A DNA stretch of 64,000 nt from Candidatus Aphodocola excrementigallinarum (GTDB taxonomy: Bacteria > Bacillota_I > Bacilli_A > RF39 > UBA660). The DNA lies in contig DVMT01000015.1 in NCBI GenBank assembly GCA_018714855.1, positions 785 to 64,784 on the forward strand, in the 5' to 3' direction. Position numbers and translations under genes: made by a program. Position 1 is the stretch's first letter. Each line of letters begins with the position of its first letter. This document shows positions 1 through 9,877 of the stretch, piece after piece. Under the pieces are notes generated by a model that was not told where the DNA came from, did no database searches, and worked only from the letters and a program-made list of their open reading frames with translations.

Positions 1-1448
1 AAATAGTAAAAATCACTTGTTAATACGCTACCTACCATAGAAGAAAGTGTTGCGGTTGCAATATTAAATCCATCAGTAATTGATATAATCCAATTAGCAA
101 TAGTTGTTGCTACACCAGATGTAACCATAATAACAAGTACTATACTTATTAACATTGCAGTTATTGCTATAGGTAATACCTTTTTAATACCTTCGGTTTC
201 GGTTGCAATAAAATCATTAAATTTAATTTTAGAGCAAAGTGCTATAACAGCGGTTATTATTAATAAGAATATAGCAACATCAAGCATTGTAAATGAACCA
301 AACGCATTTATAACACCAGATGCATAACCAGTTGAATCAGTAACGATAGGTGCACCTATTATGTTACTAAATACTGCGTAATCTCCAATTTTAATTTCTG
401 ATAAGAAACTATTAAAATCTGAGAAAATAGTTATGTTAAATAAAGATTCCCAAGGTATTATTGAACCAAGTGTAAATAATACAAATAACACTAAGCTAGT
501 TCCGAATAATACGTTTGTTCTTCTTTTACTAGTAACTGGTATTTTTCCTTCTTTATCACTCTTTTCAGTTAATATAGTGATAAATTCTGCAATAGAAAGA
601 ATTGTAGGTATTAAAGTCCAACAAAATACAATACTTAATATTCCGGCTTTTATTTTACCTGCATAAAACTTATTAATACCTAACGTTCCAAGTAAAATGG
701 TTAAAACAGCATAAATTGTTTTGTTTACCTTTTTTACGCTTTTATCTTCTTTATTAGCAGAAGCTTTTGTAGCAACTTTTTTAACGCTAGATTTTTTACT
801 TTCTTGTTTAGCTGATGGTTTTTTAACCTCTTTTTTAGCAGTTTTTTGTACCTTTAATTTCCTTGGTGCTACAAAGAAAATTAAAACTGCTAAAGCAAGT
901 ACAAGAACAATTATTTTTACCAATAATAGTGTGTTTACCTCTAGACTTAATAGACTAAATAACGTACTATTGTATATTCCGCACATAGCACCGATTAAAG
1001 TAGCTACTATGGTTGATGATAAAATAACTTTTTTATCAATTTCAAGAGCTTTCATAACTTGATAAATAAATGGCATGAAAGCAATTAATATCATAGGATC
1101 ACTAACTAAGCATGCTAATACACCAAATACAATTATCGTTATTGTAACTAGTAAACCAGATTTATTTTCAAATAAAGAAGCAACTTTATTAACAAAGTTT
1201 TTATAAACTTCTAATTTGTTCATAACTGCGTAAAAACATGCTACCGCAATTAAAAATATTGCTATGCTGTTAAAATAAGAAATGGAAATACTTAAATTAG
1301 AAAGTAGTGACCATACTCCTACCGCAGCAACAGAATCAGTTACTATGTTACCACTATAATCAGTATAAGAAGCTGGAATAAATAAAGTAAGTAACCATGC
1401 TACAAATACTGTTATTGCAAGTACTTTAAATAAATTATACTTTTTCAT
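1..1448 (-). CDS. Integral membrane protein, 3' end runs off the window start. Polytopic transporter-like N- and C-terminal regions are interrupted by a lysine-rich linker and a TM2-domain-like segment (LGTLGINKFYAGKIKAGILSIVF).
   Basis: I translated the minus strand by hand: RBS GAGGAGGAG then ATG at 1446-1448 (MKKYNLFKVLAITVF...), and the frame stays open down to position 1. It is absent from the ORF track because it has no in-window stop. The plus-strand ORFs 433..666 and 721..1062 are antisense shadows of it. Confidence 0.45.
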   Translation of the reverse strand, partial: MKKYNLFKVLAITVFVAWLLTLFIPASYTDYSGNIVTDSVAAVGVWSLLSNLSISISYFNSIAIFLIAVACFYAVMNKLEVYKNFVNKVASLFENKSGLLVTITIIVFGVLACLVSDPMILIAFMPFIYQVMKALEIDKKVILSSTIVATLIGAMCGIYNSTLFSLLSLEVNTLLLVKIIVLVLALAVLIFFVAPRKLKVQKTAKKEVKKPSAKQESKKSSVKKVATKASANKEDKSVKKVNKTIYAVLTILLGTLGINKFYAGKIKAGILSIVFCWTLIPTILSIAEFITILTEKSDKEGKIPVTSKRRTNVLFGTSLVLFVLFTLGSIIPWESLFNITIFSDFNSFLSEIKIGDYAVFSNIIGAPIVTDSTGYASGVINAFGSFTMLDVAIFLLIITAVIALCSKIKFNDFIATETEGIKKVLPIAITAMLISIVLVIMVTSGVATTIANWIISITDGFNIATATLSSMVGSVLTSDFYY

Positions 1449-1598
1449 TTCTCCTCCTCAATTATATATTATTTGTTTTTTTGGCCAAAATTATGACATT
1501 TAGCACCATATTCACAACCTTGTCCTACGTTTATAATTATATCATATTTTTATACATGTTTTCCAATTAATGTAAAAGAAAAGCATCATTTAAGATGC

Positions 1599-2480
1599 TT
1601 AATTATTATCTTTTGATATTTCTTCTATGCTTTTACTATTTTTACTTAGTAATGCACCGCTTTTCCAATTTGATGTAAGACCATGATCTATGTATATTAA
1701 TTGTCCCGACATGTATGAGAACATATCACTTCCAATTAATACTAATGGATAACCCATGTCTTCTGGTTTTGCAGCATATCCGTTCCAACTTTTTAAGAAG
1801 ATGTTATTAATCATTTCTTCGCCTTCTTTTGAATCACCGGTTGGAGACGTTGATTTATTAAAATCATCAGTTAAACCAGTTATGGTATCACCTGGATTAA
1901 TAGCGTTTATTCTTATCCTTTTATTTATGAATTCTGGTGCCATACATTTATAAGTAACATATGACTCTAGGCATTGTTTTGCAAATACGTAAGAGCTTTT
2001 TATATCATCTGGATGATTTTCATACCAATTAATAGAATCTTCCCAAGAAGGCAAATTAATTAATTCTACGCATTTTTCATATACTTGCTCCCATCCGAAG
2101 CCACCGACCGATGATATAAAGGTAACAGAACCATGCTCACTTATTCTATCAAGTAGTTTTTCAGTCATGTATTTTTGACTTAAGAAATTAACTTTTTGTA
2201 CCAATAATTCTTTTCCAGGAAAACCTGCTATTCCGTGACATAAAAACAAAGCGTCAATTGTATCTGGAAGTTCTTTTATTACCTCATCAATCTCGTTTTT
2301 ATCACTTAAATCAGCTTTAAAACTCTTAGTAACAGGTAAATCAATGTCATTTTTATCTATCGCATAAACATTTGCACCAGCTGCTATTAACATCTCTGTT
2401 GCGCTTTTACTCATTCCTGATGCGCTACCAGTTATTACTACGTTTTTTCCCTCGTAACCTAGTAACTTTTTAAAATTCAT
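1599..2480 (-). CDS. SDR-family NAD(P)-dependent oxidoreductase
   Basis: Rossmann motif VVITGSASGMSKS. I moved the start to Met8 (MNFKKLLG) because it follows the RBS AGGAGGGATAAA. A hairpin terminator lies downstream at about 1578-1602. Confidence 0.6.
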   Translation of the reverse strand: MNFKKLLGYEGKNVVITGSASGMSKSATEMLIAAGANVYAIDKNDIDLPVTKSFKADLSDKNEIDEVIKELPDTIDALFLCHGIAGFPGKELLVQKVNFLSQKYMTEKLLDRISEHGSVTFISSVGGFGWEQVYEKCVELINLPSWEDSINWYENHPDDIKSSYVFAKQCLESYVTYKCMAPEFINKRIRINAINPGDTITGLTDDFNKSTSPTGDSKEGEEMINNIFLKSWNGYAAKPEDMGYPLVLIGSDMFSYMSGQLIYIDHGLTSNWKSGALLSKNSKSIEEISKDNN

Positions 2481-2520
2481 TTTATCCCTCCTATCATACA
2501 TTTTAATTATACCACCTTTT

Positions 2521-3492
2521 TTATAATGTATTTATGTAATCATTAATCGTCTTAATAAATTCTTCTTTGGTTTTTAATTTGTATAACTTTTCTTTTACAT
2601 AAGTAGCATTAAAAAGTCCTTTTAAATACCAAGCAGCATGAGTACGCATCTCAAGCACCGCAACTTTTTCCGGCTTTATTTCTAGCAAGTAATTAAAATG
2701 TTTAAGGCACGTTTGCATCTTTTCTTTAGGAGTTTGATCCGAAAGTTTTTCACCCGTTTTAAAATACGTTACAATTTGTTTTATTAAATAAGGATTACCA
2801 AGAACGCCTCTTCCTATCATAATCGCATCGCAGTTTGTTTCTTTAATCATTTTTATTGCATCATCAACCGTTTTAATATCCCCGTTTCCAATAACTGGAA
2901 TATTTACGTTTTGTTTAACCTCTTTTATTATGTTCCAATCAGCTTTACCGCTATATCCCTGGCTGCGTGTTCTAGGATGTACTGCTATCGCAGATGCTCC
3001 TGCTTTTTCACAAGTTTTAGCAACCTCTACTGCATTAATACTATTTTTATCCCATCCACTTCTTATTTTAACCGTTACTGGTACGTTTACCGATTTTTTT
3101 ACGGCTTTTACTATTTCATATATTTTTTCTGGATCCTTTAAAAGAGCTGATCCTGCTTGAGCACGAACTGCAACCTTAGGTACCGGGCAACCCATGTTTA
3201 TATCAATAATATCAGGATGCATGGTTTCTTCTAGTTTTTTAGCAGCCTTAACAAAACTATCAACATCACTTCCAAATATCTGCTGTGCAATAGGTCTTTC
3301 TTCTTCTGTCATATAAAGCATATCCATGGTTTTTTCATTATCATAACAAATAGCCTTATCACTTACCATCTCAGCGTATATAAGACCACATCCCATTTCC
3401 TTTACAATCCTTCTAAACGCACTATTGCAAACACCAGCCATAGGAGCTAAACACACATTATTATCTATTTTCACATTACCTATTTTAAACAC
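2521..3492 (-). CDS. dusB: tRNA-dihydrouridine synthase
   Basis: Dus family motifs LAPMAGV...DINMGCP...VKIRSGWD. Length 323 aa. Confidence 0.85.
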   Translation of the reverse strand: MFKIGNVKIDNNVCLAPMAGVCNSAFRRIVKEMGCGLIYAEMVSDKAICYDNEKTMDMLYMTEEERPIAQQIFGSDVDSFVKAAKKLEETMHPDIIDINMGCPVPKVAVRAQAGSALLKDPEKIYEIVKAVKKSVNVPVTVKIRSGWDKNSINAVEVAKTCEKAGASAIAVHPRTRSQGYSGKADWNIIKEVKQNVNIPVIGNGDIKTVDDAIKMIKETNCDAIMIGRGVLGNPYLIKQIVTYFKTGEKLSDQTPKEKMQTCLKHFNYLLEIKPEKVAVLEMRTHAAWYLKGLFNATYVKEKLYKLKTKEEFIKTINDYINTL

Positions 3493-3564
3493 TTTATCAC
3501 CTCTAAACTAAATTAATTATATAATAAAAAGAAACTAAATCAAAGTTTCTTTCATAAATAAAGC

Positions 3565-4914
3565 CTAAATTGTTTTCGAATTATTTTCTTCTTTTCTTTT
3601 TTTAAAGATTTTTTTCATTTTCTCAAAGAAGCTTTCTTTTTTATATTCTTCTTTTTTACTTTCTAATTCTTCTAAAATATCTTTTTCTCTATTGTTTTCT
3701 GTTTTTTCTGAATCTACTTTTTCTTTTTTTTCTTCATTTTTATATACTTCTTCAACATAAGGCCTTAAAATTTCCCAATAATCAACATACGTTGTTTTTG
3801 AAGCTGATGTATTACTAATTTTTTCTATAAGATTTCTAATTGCTTCTTTTAATTCAGAAGAAATATCAGGATTTGATAATTGTCTTTCAAAATTATATGT
3901 GTTAGTTGGCATTTTTCCGGTTTTAAAATACTTTTGCGAGATTAAATTACATCTATCCCTTATTTCTGTTGCCTTTAACTCATTATCTACATTTTCTTTT
4001 AAATTTTCTTCTTTTTTTAAGTTATTATAAAATTCTTCAATATTTTTTTCTAATACTTCAGCTATCTGTAAATCACTAATACCATCAAGAATTACTAATT
4101 CTTCATATTTACTTATTAATTTTTCCATAATTTCTTGTGATTTAAAGGACAAAGAATTAACGTCTTTTAAGTTTTCTTTCCATAAATATGTATTAGTTGG
4201 TATTTTTCCATCTTTAAAATAAGTTTGTCCTATTTCCTTTATTTTATTTAAATTCATTACTAATTTTTCTTTTTGTTGAGCCTGTAATTTAGCAATTATA
4301 TTTGTAAAAACAGGAATTTTATTATTTATATTATTTTCCCTTTCATAAAAGAAGTGCTCCGAATCAATTGCATTAGCTCTCCTGATTTTCCCTTTTGTTA
4401 CCAATTGTAAATATTCTTCATTTCCTAATTTTGCCAAATTAAATTCAATATGTGAAGCTCTTCTTATTTCTTGAATCATAGCTTGATTCAAATCCAAACC
4501 ATTATATTTATTATTTTTATCTAAGGTTTTTAAAATTTCTTGTTCTACTTTTAAATTATTAATAATTTCAACTATATCATTATAATTATCTTCCAGACTT
4601 ACTCTTTCCGTATTTTCTTCTGTGTGGGCTTTTAATTCATGAGCAAACTCTTCTAGACATTTAATTGATATTTCAATAATTAAAGATGCTGGAATATTTA
4701 TGTCTTTAGTACTTTCACTGACTTTAAAACCATTTCTTAAAATACTATCTTTCATATCTTTAGGAAGACTTTTTAATATTTTATTAAAGTTTAAGATGGC
4801 TTCTGTTAAATATTTAAGATCCTCTTTGTCAGACCATAAAGACATTTCTCTTGATTTTCCTAAAATTGTTTTTAATTCGTCCTCTAGTTTTTTTGTTTCA
4901 ATATCCACATACAT
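3565..4914 (-). CDS. Hypothetical coiled-coil, lysine-rich protein with an internal duplicated module (YFK[DT]GK[IM]PTNTY)
   Basis: Long ORF with no recognisable catalytic motif. The two repeat copies are also visible at the DNA level (about 3901-3945 vs 4190-4235). Confidence 0.4.
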   Translation of the reverse strand: MYVDIETKKLEDELKTILGKSREMSLWSDKEDLKYLTEAILNFNKILKSLPKDMKDSILRNGFKVSESTKDINIPASLIIEISIKCLEEFAHELKAHTEENTERVSLEDNYNDIVEIINNLKVEQEILKTLDKNNKYNGLDLNQAMIQEIRRASHIEFNLAKLGNEEYLQLVTKGKIRRANAIDSEHFFYERENNINNKIPVFTNIIAKLQAQQKEKLVMNLNKIKEIGQTYFKDGKIPTNTYLWKENLKDVNSLSFKSQEIMEKLISKYEELVILDGISDLQIAEVLEKNIEEFYNNLKKEENLKENVDNELKATEIRDRCNLISQKYFKTGKMPTNTYNFERQLSNPDISSELKEAIRNLIEKISNTSASKTTYVDYWEILRPYVEEVYKNEEKKEKVDSEKTENNREKDILEELESKKEEYKKESFFEKMKKIFKKRKEENNSKTI

Positions 4915-4928
4915 AATAATACCTCCCT

Positions 4929-5207
4929 TTATTTAGATAATAAGTATTCTCCTATCATATTTTTTATCATTTCAAAATATACTAACATTGCTTCTAAATA
5001 ATCATCTTCACTTAAATTTTGATTAAATAAATCTTCTATTTCTCTGTTTTTTAGATAATGCAATTCAACGCCATCATTTTTTGCTAATTCAACGATTGTA
5101 TTACCAAGATTCATTAAGGAATCATATAATTCTTTTCGTTTTCCATTAATATCTAGTTTTTTTACTTCCTGCATATAGTTGTCAAACGCCTGATCTAATT
5201 GATTCAT
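4929..5207 (-). CDS. Hypothetical 92-aa protein
   Basis: ORF sits 15 nt upstream of the previous gene on the same strand, so it is likely co-transcribed. Confidence 0.35.
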   Translation of the reverse strand: MNQLDQAFDNYMQEVKKLDINGKRKELYDSLMNLGNTIVELAKNDGVELHYLKNREIEDLFNQNLSEDDYLEAMLVYFEMIKNMIGEYLLSK

Positions 5208-5329
5208 ATATATTTCTCCCTCTAAAATTTATACATAATTATATTAACACTTTTTTTATAAGTTTACTTAAAATCAATTGAAAAAACAGTAAATTTTACA
5301 AAAAAAATGTAAAGAAGTAGCAAAATAAG

Positions 5330-6574
5330 CTACTTTTTTAACTTTCTTATAATTTTTCTTACATCCATACCCAAATTAAACATAGCATACCAAAACTTAC
5401 TTATTACTAAGTCATATTCTCCAACAAGTTCTAATACGTTTGGATTAAATTTTGATTTAAACGTTGATAAATGATCTTCTAAAGATCCATCAACACCACC
5501 TAAATCACAGTAATCACAAGCTTTATCCAAACAATAACATAACCTATAAAACATAAGCCCATTTGTTATTTTTAAAGAAGGAAGGATTTTTGTGTTTGTT
5601 CCGGCATATAAGAAAGATGCGGTTTTAATGCCCGAGTTACAAGTAGGCATCATAACGATGGTTGCTCCCGCTAAAGGTTTTAAACCATACTCTTTTTTCA
5701 CTTCTTCTGCTTCTTTTATTTGCTTTTGACAAAACTCTTTTTTATTTTCATTTTCTTTCATATCTTCTTTTAAAAATTTAATATATTTATTAATGTCAAC
5801 TCTTGCAAAAAATAAAACAGCGTTATTAGGAAAACATTCCATTAGTTTTTTAAAATATTTTTCACTTCTTAAATTAATATGTTGTCTTTGTTCAGTACAA
5901 TGTAATACACTTACCAAATCTTTTACGTCTTTTATATCAGTAGAAAAACTAAATTCTACCCCTCTTTGTTCTTGATAATTACCTATATAATTTCTGGTGT
6001 TTTTTGGGAAGGTTCTCCTTAAGGTTTCTTTGTCATAAAAATTACCATCTTTATCTTTCAAAGAAATAGCCATTGTATATCTTGGCTGTATATATGCATT
6101 TACTTCCTTTTTAAAACCAGCATGTTTAAAACCTATGTTTTCTAAATTTTTTATGATTTCTTTAGTATCATTAGTATATAATTTATTAACTTCAATATTT
6201 TTGTTCTTTTTAATATTTTGAATGTTATCTTCATTAAAGCAAATAAATGGATCTATCTTTATATCAATCGCACCATCTTTTTTTGCATAGCTTACTATGT
6301 TATTAACGAATTCTTTTAATAATTTTTTGTTTTTATAATCAATTACAAAACCCCTTGGTACGTAATACAATTTTTTGTTTAAAAATAATTTTCTTTTTAA
6401 TATCATTGCGCTTGCCTTAAGCTCATCGTTTTCATACATTCCAACAAAGTCATGTTCCCAAGCTGTCTTTACTTTTGCCCAAGACGTTGTTTGCATAAAT
6501 GAAGTCGATGGAAAACTAGTGACAAATTTATCAAATTCTTTTTCATCTATATTTGTTTTAAAAACATATTTCAT
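5330..6574 (-). CDS. FemAB-family peptidoglycan peptide-bridge aminoacyltransferase (FemX/MurM-like)
   Basis: About 410 aa. The N-terminus (FMQTTSWAKVK...LYYVPRGFVIDY) resembles FemAB family proteins. Confidence 0.55.
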   Translation of the reverse strand: MKYVFKTNIDEKEFDKFVTSFPSTSFMQTTSWAKVKTAWEHDFVGMYENDELKASAMILKRKLFLNKKLYYVPRGFVIDYKNKKLLKEFVNNIVSYAKKDGAIDIKIDPFICFNEDNIQNIKKNKNIEVNKLYTNDTKEIIKNLENIGFKHAGFKKEVNAYIQPRYTMAISLKDKDGNFYDKETLRRTFPKNTRNYIGNYQEQRGVEFSFSTDIKDVKDLVSVLHCTEQRQHINLRSEKYFKKLMECFPNNAVLFFARVDINKYIKFLKEDMKENENKKEFCQKQIKEAEEVKKEYGLKPLAGATIVMMPTCNSGIKTASFLYAGTNTKILPSLKITNGLMFYRLCYCLDKACDYCDLGGVDGSLEDHLSTFKSKFNPNVLELVGEYDLVISKFWYAMFNLGMDVRKIIRKLKK

Positions 6575-6585
6575 ATAATCATCCC

Positions 6586-7152
6586 TTATTCAATTATTAA
6601 CTCAGCTTCATCGCCGTTTTTTATTAAAAATGCGTTTGCATCATCAGTGTCTAAATGAACTTCATAAAAAGATTTATCACTTATTCTTACATGTACGTTA
6701 TTTAGTATTCCACCTTTTTCACCTTTTACTATTAGTTTAACGCATTTTTTTCCTTCAAAACCATGCTTTTTAGCATCTTCTTTAGTTGCATGCACATGTC
6801 TTGTTGCTATTATTGCTGCGTTTTTCGTTATTTGGCCAGCTGGCCCAATGATTGTTATTTCACTTGCGTCTTTTAAATCACCAGAATTTCTAACTGGAGG
6901 ATTAATTCCAAGCTTAAAAGTATCTGTTTTGGATATTTCAACTTGTGTTTGAGCTCTTTCGGGGCCTAATATTCTTACGTTTTCTATCGTACCTTTAGGA
7001 CCTTTTAAAGTTACTTGCTCATTACATGCAAATTGACCTGGCTGGGTTAAATTGGTCTTTTTTGTTAATTTATAATCTTTTCCAAATAAAATTATAACGT
7101 CTTCGTTTGTTACATGAACGTGTCTTGCCGATACACCAATATTTACTTTCAT
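6586..7152 (-). CDS. pduL: PduL/EutD-type phosphate propanoyl/acetyl-transferase
   Basis: Carries the two duplicated PduL signature motifs: GVSARHVHV and IATRHVHAT. Confidence 0.65.
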   Translation of the reverse strand: MKVNIGVSARHVHVTNEDVIILFGKDYKLTKKTNLTQPGQFACNEQVTLKGPKGTIENVRILGPERAQTQVEISKTDTFKLGINPPVRNSGDLKDASEITIIGPAGQITKNAAIIATRHVHATKEDAKKHGFEGKKCVKLIVKGEKGGILNNVHVRISDKSFYEVHLDTDDANAFLIKNGDEAELIIE

Positions 7153-7242
7153 AATGGCCTCCCATACTATTTAATTATATCATGTATAAATATTTAAATT
7201 CAATCATATGTTTAATTGAATTATAAAAAAAGGAGATTTTAT

Positions 7243-7659
7243 ATGAATACAAATTATTACCCAAATCCAACCTATCCTAATATGGGTGTAAACGGTTTTC
7301 AAGCTACTGCAATGGGTGGCGTTGCATCCTCACCTAGCAGTAATACAGCAAAAGGCAATAACAACATGGAAGCGATGATGCAAGCTAATAATAACATGTT
7401 AGCACTTGAACAATCTTACATAGAAAACATTCTAAGGCTAAATAAAGGAAAATTAGCAACATTTTACTTTTCTTTTCCTGATTCAGTTGAATGGCGAGAC
7501 AAAACATTTACCGGAATAATTGAAGCAGCAGGACGTGACCATATAATTGTAAGTGATCCAAAAACTGGAAGATGGTACTTACTTCTTATGATTTATCTAA
7601 ACTATGTTGATTTTGATGAAAAAATAAATTATAGTCCAGAATATTACCCACAAAACTAA
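7243..7659 (+). CDS. gerQ: Spore coat protein GerQ
   Basis: Conserved GerQ C-terminal domain (SYIENILRLNKGKLATFYFSF...GIIEAAGRDHIIVSDPKTGRWYLLLMIYLNYVDFDE). The N-terminus is rich in Y/P/N/Q. I placed the start at the ATG after the RBS AAAGGAGA. Confidence 0.7.
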   Translation: MNTNYYPNPTYPNMGVNGFQATAMGGVASSPSSNTAKGNNNMEAMMQANNNMLALEQSYIENILRLNKGKLATFYFSFPDSVEWRDKTFTGIIEAAGRDHIIVSDPKTGRWYLLLMIYLNYVDFDEKINYSPEYYPQN

Positions 7660-7660
7660 C

Positions 7661-7689
7661 TTGTAAATATCAAACGATTTTGCTATAAT
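7661..7689 (+). promoter_or_regulatory. Sigma-A-type promoter (TTGTAA, 17 nt spacer, TATAAT) upstream of the 7715 gene
   Basis: -35 TTGTAA at 7661-7666 and -10 TATAAT at 7684-7689 with exactly 17 nt between them; about 25 nt upstream of the start codon. Confidence 0.5.
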
Positions 7690-7714
7690 CTAATTTAGAA
7701 TAGAGGTAGATAAA

Positions 7715-8248
7715 ATGATTATAGTAATAATTGTCTTAATAATTGCAATAATAGCATTTTTGTATAGCATATACCATGATAAAATAAGCTTTCTTTCAGT
7801 AAAACTAAACATGATAGAAGAAAAAATAAACTCAACACTAATAAAAAGAAAAGAACTAATAAAAGATTCTGAAAAAATAATTAAAGAGGTTACTAAAACA
7901 AAAAAAGACGTATATCAAGGCTTTAAAAATATAAATGATGGTGAAAAAGACATTATAAAACTAGATAGAAAATTATTAGTGTATATAAATGAATTTTATC
8001 TTATAAAAGATAAGTATAAAGAATTAAATAAAAATGAAGATTTTCAAAAAATATCTTTTTCAATAGATGAAACAGAAGATTTACTTAATGCATATAAAGA
8101 ATATTATAATAATAATGCAACAAAATATAATAAGTTAATTAAACGATTTCCGATAACAATTATAAGTTTAATAAAAAGAAGAAAAGAAAAATTATTCTTT
8201 GATAAAAAAAACTCATCTGATGATGATTATAATGATTTTAAATATTAA
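7715..8248 (+). CDS. Hypothetical N-terminally membrane-anchored protein
   Basis: N-terminal TM helix (IIVIIVLIIAIIAFLY) followed by a charged, coiled-coil-like region. No LemA LQRR motif. Confidence 0.4.
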   Translation: MIIVIIVLIIAIIAFLYSIYHDKISFLSVKLNMIEEKINSTLIKRKELIKDSEKIIKEVTKTKKDVYQGFKNINDGEKDIIKLDRKLLVYINEFYLIKDKYKELNKNEDFQKISFSIDETEDLLNAYKEYYNNNATKYNKLIKRFPITIISLIKRRKEKLFFDKKNSSDDDYNDFKY

Positions 8249-8250
8249 AA

Positions 8251-8281
8251 GAGCAAACTAAATTGCTCTTTTTTATTTTTC
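8251..8281. terminator. Bidirectional rho-independent terminator
   Basis: AGAGCAA-actaaa-TTGCTCT hairpin flanked by A and T runs, lying between the convergent genes at 7715..8248 (+) and 8273..9877 (-). Confidence 0.6.
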
Positions 8282-9877
8282 TAAATCAGATTGCTTTAAA
8301 ATATATCTATAAATATTAGTATCACTATTTACTATGAAAACGCTTTTTTGTCCTTTATGTAACTCATAGAATATAATTGGTTTTTCAATGTTATCTCTTA
8401 CGTCTAATAACTCATTGAAACTATTAACATCAATTACATCACCAGTAATAACAGGTACTTTTTTAGCATTTACAATTACTCTGTCATATTCTCTTAATAT
8501 TCTTGATAATACGTTTTCATAATTACTCTTTTTTCTTGATGTTTTCTTTATGAATACAATTAATCTTACTAAAGATGCGATAGCGGATAAGAATATTATT
8601 ATTGATAGAATAAAGGTAGTCTTATTACTAATACTAAAATCTTGGTAAACCCTTATGTTATTACTATTATTAACATCTTCAGGATCAAGTTCTATATTTA
8701 CTAATTGCTGTGTTAAAGGAATTGTAATTTTTGTTGTATTATTTGAATTTGAATTTCTTATTACCGTTCCTTCTTTATCTTTTATTTCAAGACGTAAAGA
8801 TAAGATGAGATTGCTATCCGCGCTCAAACCATATGTACTTTTAAATTCTTTTACCAAATCGTTATATTCATCATAATTTATTTTAACGCTTCTATTTATG
8901 TTAAAACCACTTGAATTTTCATTAGCAACCATAACTGGATCTGTTAACCTATCAATCTTTGAATAAATTACTTTAGAATCATCTTCACCATCGGTTACAG
9001 ATACATACGATTCTATGTAATATGTATAAGTATAATCAAATGTGTTTGAAGCACTAAAATTATAATTAAAATCAACGTTTATATAATCAATTAGACTTGC
9101 AATATACTGCATGTTTTCACTTAAATTATCATCATTATAATAATCATTTTCTTTTAAAGTAACATCATATTTTAAGTTGCTAGATTGATTATATACCATG
9201 GTACTTCTAGCTCTTATAGTTATACTAAGTAAAAGAACGATAGATGCTAAAACAAATAAGAATATAATTGCTACTATATTTAATAAAAGTCTTTTTTCAT
9301 AACTTAAATAAAAATTATGTTTGCTTTTTTTATAAACAACGTTATTTATACTATCATTATTATTAGTATCAAAAGTGTTGCTATTATTATCTTCTTTTTT
9401 ATAATCACCTAAAGAAAACGTAACGGTATTGGTTAAATCTTCTTGGTCTTGATAATCCGTGTTCAAATTATCAAAAGACGCATTTTCTTCATAATCTATG
9501 TTTAAATTATCAAAAGATGTGTTTTCTTCATTATTTTCGTCTTGTTTAATATCTTTATTTTCAAAATCATTAGTAGGATTCATTAATGTCTCATCTTTTA
9601 AATCTTCTTTTGTTACTTTTGTAAACGGATAAAACTTTATTTCTTCTTGGTCTTTTTTAACAACTTCTTTTTTTTCTTCTTCAAGCTTTTTAGGTTCCGA
9701 AACTTTCTTAGGCTTTTTTAATTCAACTTTTTTTTCTTCGCTTTTTGGTTTTTGTTTTTTTTCTTGTTTTAGTTCTTTAACTACACTAGAATTAGTCTTA
9801 CTTGTTTTTCTTTTTTTATAATAAGAACTTTTCTTTCTTGAAGTATTCTTTTTCACTTTATCCACCTTCTTATCCAT
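8273..9877 (-). CDS. Lysine-rich bitopic membrane protein: about 190 aa N-terminal K/E/N-rich region, TM, about 230 aa extracytoplasmic domain, TM, about 110 aa C-terminal domain. Possibly a partner of the signal peptidase (DUF5305-like?).
   Basis: Overlaps the upstream SipW-like gene by 8 nt, which suggests an operon. Two hydrophobic segments (LLLNIVAIIFLFVLASIVLLLSITI and FILSIIIFLSAIASLVRLIVFI). Confidence 0.45.
   Translation of the reverse strand: MDKKVDKVKKNTSRKKSSYYKKRKTSKTNSSVVKELKQEKKQKPKSEEKKVELKKPKKVSEPKKLEEEKKEVVKKDQEEIKFYPFTKVTKEDLKDETLMNPTNDFENKDIKQDENNEENTSFDNLNIDYEENASFDNLNTDYQDQEDLTNTVTFSLGDYKKEDNNSNTFDTNNNDSINNVVYKKSKHNFYLSYEKRLLLNIVAIIFLFVLASIVLLLSITIRARSTMVYNQSSNLKYDVTLKENDYYNDDNLSENMQYIASLIDYINVDFNYNFSASNTFDYTYTYYIESYVSVTDGEDDSKVIYSKIDRLTDPVMVANENSSGFNINRSVKINYDEYNDLVKEFKSTYGLSADSNLILSLRLEIKDKEGTVIRNSNSNNTTKITIPLTQQLVNIELDPEDVNNSNNIRVYQDFSISNKTTFILSIIIFLSAIASLVRLIVFIKKTSRKKSNYENVLSRILREYDRVIVNAKKVPVITGDVIDVNSFNELLDVRDNIEKPIIFYELHKGQKSVFIVNSDTNIYRYILKQSDLEK

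Noticed and set aside
433-1062. Plus-strand ORFs 433..666 and 721..1062 (and many similar short plus-strand ORFs inside minus-strand genes, for example 2911..3160, 19852..20400, 22901..23350, 48780..49016)
   Set aside because: They lie antisense within long, well-supported minus-strand genes, have no RBS, and their peptides are low-complexity mirror images of the sense protein. They are shadow ORFs typical of AT-rich DNA.
7153-7242. Possible sigma-E/sigma-K sporulation promoter upstream of gerQ (CATATG..., ATATTT elements)
   Set aside because: The spacing between the candidate -35 and -10 elements does not fit either consensus convincingly.
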